A stretch of DNA of 64,000 nucleotides, counting the filler, from Reclinomonas americana ATCC 50394 (taxonomy: Eukaryota): assembly GCA_048213135.1 (NCBI GenBank). It is 8 parts of 4 records of this genome, joined end to end, with 100 filler letters (N's around TTAATTAATTAA, not from the genome) between each part and the next. Parts side by side here need not be neighbours in the genome. Positions count along the whole stretch, not along the records: positions 60,497 to 62,829 come from PS015042.1; positions 62,930 to 64,000 come from PS015066.1; 6 more parts are not named here. One strand, 5' to 3'. Positions 61,535 to 64,000 of this stretch are shown one piece after another (the stretch's first letter is position 1; the number at the start of each line of letters is the position of its first letter). The notes under the pieces are model-generated. The model was not told the origin of the DNA and ran no database searches. It was given only the letters and a program-made list of their open reading frames with translations. The translations under genes were made by a program, and so were the position numbers.

Positions 61535-62630
61535 TCAGAGAAGGCCAAAGAAGCCCTCGAGTCCATCACCTGCGTTGTCATTGCATTTAGAGGCGGGCGA
61601 TCACAACGCACACGCCAACACCCGCGGCCACTCACCCAAATCCGACACGGCCACACCCACGTGGTACTCCTTGGCGAGCTCCAGGCGGTCGGCGAGGAAC
61701 TGTGGAGGCGCGGAGAGGAAATAATGAGACACAAAGAAGGATCGCCCCTCGATGCCTCTCTCTCCCCCCCCTCTCCCTCCCTCCCCCCTCTCCCCTTCCC
61801 TCACACACCTGGAACGTGGGGTACGTCATGCGGTGGCGACCATGCATCGACGCCGTCAACGACATGAACACATGCTCGTGGTCCTCCTCGTTCCAGTAAA
61901 TGTTGTGCGGCGACTCCACCTGCTCGGCAAAGTACTTGGCATTCACCTGGCGCATGCGCGCGCCATCCACGTACTCGTATCTGCACACGAGACAGAGATG
62001 AACAATAGACTCGCCCTCTCCTTTCCTTCCACCACCCCCACTCACCCAAAGAACGGCAGACCCAGCAGCAGCTTCTTGGCGAAACGCGTGTCACTGACTT
62101 GGCTGTCCGCGGCCGCCGCGGCATCCGAGGTCGACACATTCACCGTCACACCGGCACCGCGAGTCAACACGCGCAACACGTTGCTCAGCCACTGGTACGG
62201 AGCCAGCGGGCCTCTGCGAAAAAGACAAGTGAGCAGATAGAAAGAGAAAGAGAGAGAGATACCATCAACAAAACTGCAGCGATCCGGCGTACGAGTACGT
62301 GTTCAGCGAGAACATGTCCACGTGCTTGTCGGTCGAGTGCAGCACGTCGGCGAGCTGCGGAACCGCGTCGACGGCATTGGGAATCTGCAGCATAATCAGC
62401 AAAACAATGAAAAGTGGACCCTCTCTCTCTCCCTTGTCTCTCCCAGTACCTTCACGGACCACACCACGGTCAACGACTCGAGCTCCGCGGCCGTGCCATT
62501 GACGGGGCGAATCTCACGGCCACCAATGCGGCCGGTCTTGAGGCCCTCAAAGAATGCCGGGGCGATCTTCGTGATGTCCTCGGTGGTGAAGCCACTCCAG
62601 TCGACCACGAAGCCGTCCACACCGGTGTCA
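61535..62630 (-). CDS. CHID1: Chitinase domain-containing protein 1 (GH18-like), C-terminal half
   Basis: DGFVVD, FSLNTYSY, GPLAPYQW, KKLLLGLPFFGYEY, WNEEDHEHVF, YPTFQFLADRLELAKE..VGVA...LGDGLEGFFGLL*. Confidence 0.8.
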
Positions 62631-62929
62631 CTGAGACAGGAGAGGGAAAGTGAGAAGGGGGGATGAAGGAAAGGGGATAGGAGGGGAAGGAGAGGAAAGA
62701 GGGGAAGGGAGGGGGAAGAGTGGGAGGAGAGAGCGGGAAGTGGGGGAGGGGAGAGTGGGAGGAGAGGGGAAGTGGGGAAGAGGGAAAGCGGGAAAGAGGG
62801 GAAGAGGGGAAGAGAAGGGGAGAGAGGGGNNNNNNNNNNNNNNNNNNNNNNNNNNNNNNNNNNNNNNNNNNNNTTAATTAATTAANNNNNNNNNNNNNNN
62901 NNNNNNNNNNNNNNNNNNNNNNNNNNNNN

Positions 62930-62985
<56 letters not shown>

Positions 62986-63024
62986 GGTTCGTGACTGACG
63001 AACATGACTCTCCTCTTGCTCCAG

Positions 63025-64000
63025 GATCTGTGTGCTCCGGATTTCGTGCTGTGTGCCAGCGAGCTGCACCACTTGTGTCGGTGAGCAGCAGAGGGAAGCG
63101 GTCTTTATCTCGTTCTGCATACGCGCTCTCAAGACTCTCATGCAGTGAACACGTGACGGAGTCTGGAGTGGATCTGTGTGGCGATGGTGTCACATCTCTG
63201 GCCACGGCGAAGGAAGTCGCTCGTCGATCTGTGCTGGCGTACGGCAGCGTGAAGGTCAGCTGCATGCTTTCATGCACGCATGGTTGTGTCATGCTGACAT
63301 TAAAGAGCACCACAGATCACATGCCCACTGTGCCACGCGCCCATGGTTTGTGTTGTTCCTCTTGCTGTTTTCTTGCTGTTATCCTCACTGGTTGATTTAC
63401 AGACGGTGGGCGACCATTACCGCACACATGGCCTCACGCAGTGTCCGTATGCATGCGAGAGATGTGGACAGCAGATGACACTCGATCGCACGGCGGAGCA
63501 TCAGTGGAGTGGATGCTTGCGCGACTGTCCACTGGGGTGTGGAGCAAGGATGGCGCTGAGCGAGATGGTGGAGCACAGCTGGAGTGGGTGCATGCGAGTG
63601 TGTCCGCGTGGATGTCAGCAGCTGTGTTCACTGGCGGATATGCAGAGGCATCTTGGTGAGAGAGCTTGGAAGGAGAGAGGGATGTGTTATGACACTGATG
63701 TTCTCTTGTGCCAGAAACGGAGTGCAGGCTGCAGCACACAGTGTGTCGAGGTGGTGAACTGGGGTGTGGATGGCGTGGTGTAATTGGCGAGAGGGAGGAG
63801 CATGAGCGAGTGTGCGATGTGTTGCGAGTGGAGCGACCGCTGAGAGAGGCGAGTTGGAATGATGAACGGCGGCACCAGCTGGTCATTCACGCTGCTCATA
63901 TGTGCACAGCTGCATAGCCGAGTGCAAGAGCTGTCGCAGATGGTGGCTGAGAGTAGGGAGCAGCTGGCTCAAGAGAGAGAGGCAAGACAAGTTGAGAGCC
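63025..64000 (+). CDS. TRAF-type zinc-finger protein with a downstream coiled coil (partial)
   Basis: CPLC, CERCGQQM...EH...C, CPLGCG...EH...C, CPRGC...RHLETEC, GCGWRG....EEHERVC, then a heptad segment running off the window. Confidence 0.7.

Noticed and set aside
8920-62274. Non-canonical TT donors (cleavage after the G of GTTGCG)
   Set aside because: Cleavage there with the same acceptors adds one base and frameshifts conserved proteins; cleavage before GT keeps the frame.
10121-62885. TTAATTAATTAA inside N-runs at 10121, 12912, 25659, 47059, 55503, 60441 and 62874
   Set aside because: Six-frame stop linker centred in roughly 100-nt gaps; PP2A-A and the P4-ATPase continue across it, so it is an assembly artefact.
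1103-64000. Stop-codon reassignment
   Set aside because: In the conserved genes I spliced, apparent in-frame stops fall inside introns, and TAA, TAG and TGA all terminate genes.
1-64000. tRNA, rRNA, snRNA genes or autonomous transposon ORFs
   Set aside because: None recognisable by eye; a covariance-model and transposase/RT HMM search would be needed to exclude them.

Overview
Gene-dense draft-assembly window from an intron-rich, GC-rich microbial eukaryote; CEP135 implies centrioles or flagella and an MRM2-like gene implies a mitoribosome. The species cannot be named from sequence alone. I hand-spliced about 25 genes or gene fragments, all in the standard genetic code with mostly 60-100 nt introns: RPT6, CEP135, a P4-ATPase, MYBBP1A/Pol5, PP2A-A, a cupin, MRM2, SAC1, Mpo1, RCC1 and ankyrin repeats, FAM133, a class-3 lipase, a metallophosphoesterase, DDX46, CHID1 and a TRAF-type Zn-finger protein. 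An accessory island at about 44.9-55.5 kb holds duplicated GT2 and GT77-like glycosyltransferases, a bacterial-type DUF285 surface protein and a small dispersed repeat family. The most striking signal is in the splice code. About 30 of roughly 130 placed 5' splice sites form a second class, H|GTTGCG-like, which is the normal G|GTGCG motif displaced by one nucleotide; I saw it only when the exon does not end in G. A U12 AT-AC intron and several GC-AG introns are also present. N-gaps, TTAATTAATTAA linkers and three flipped contigs are assembly artefacts. All exon boundaries and counts are manual and need RNA-seq confirmation.
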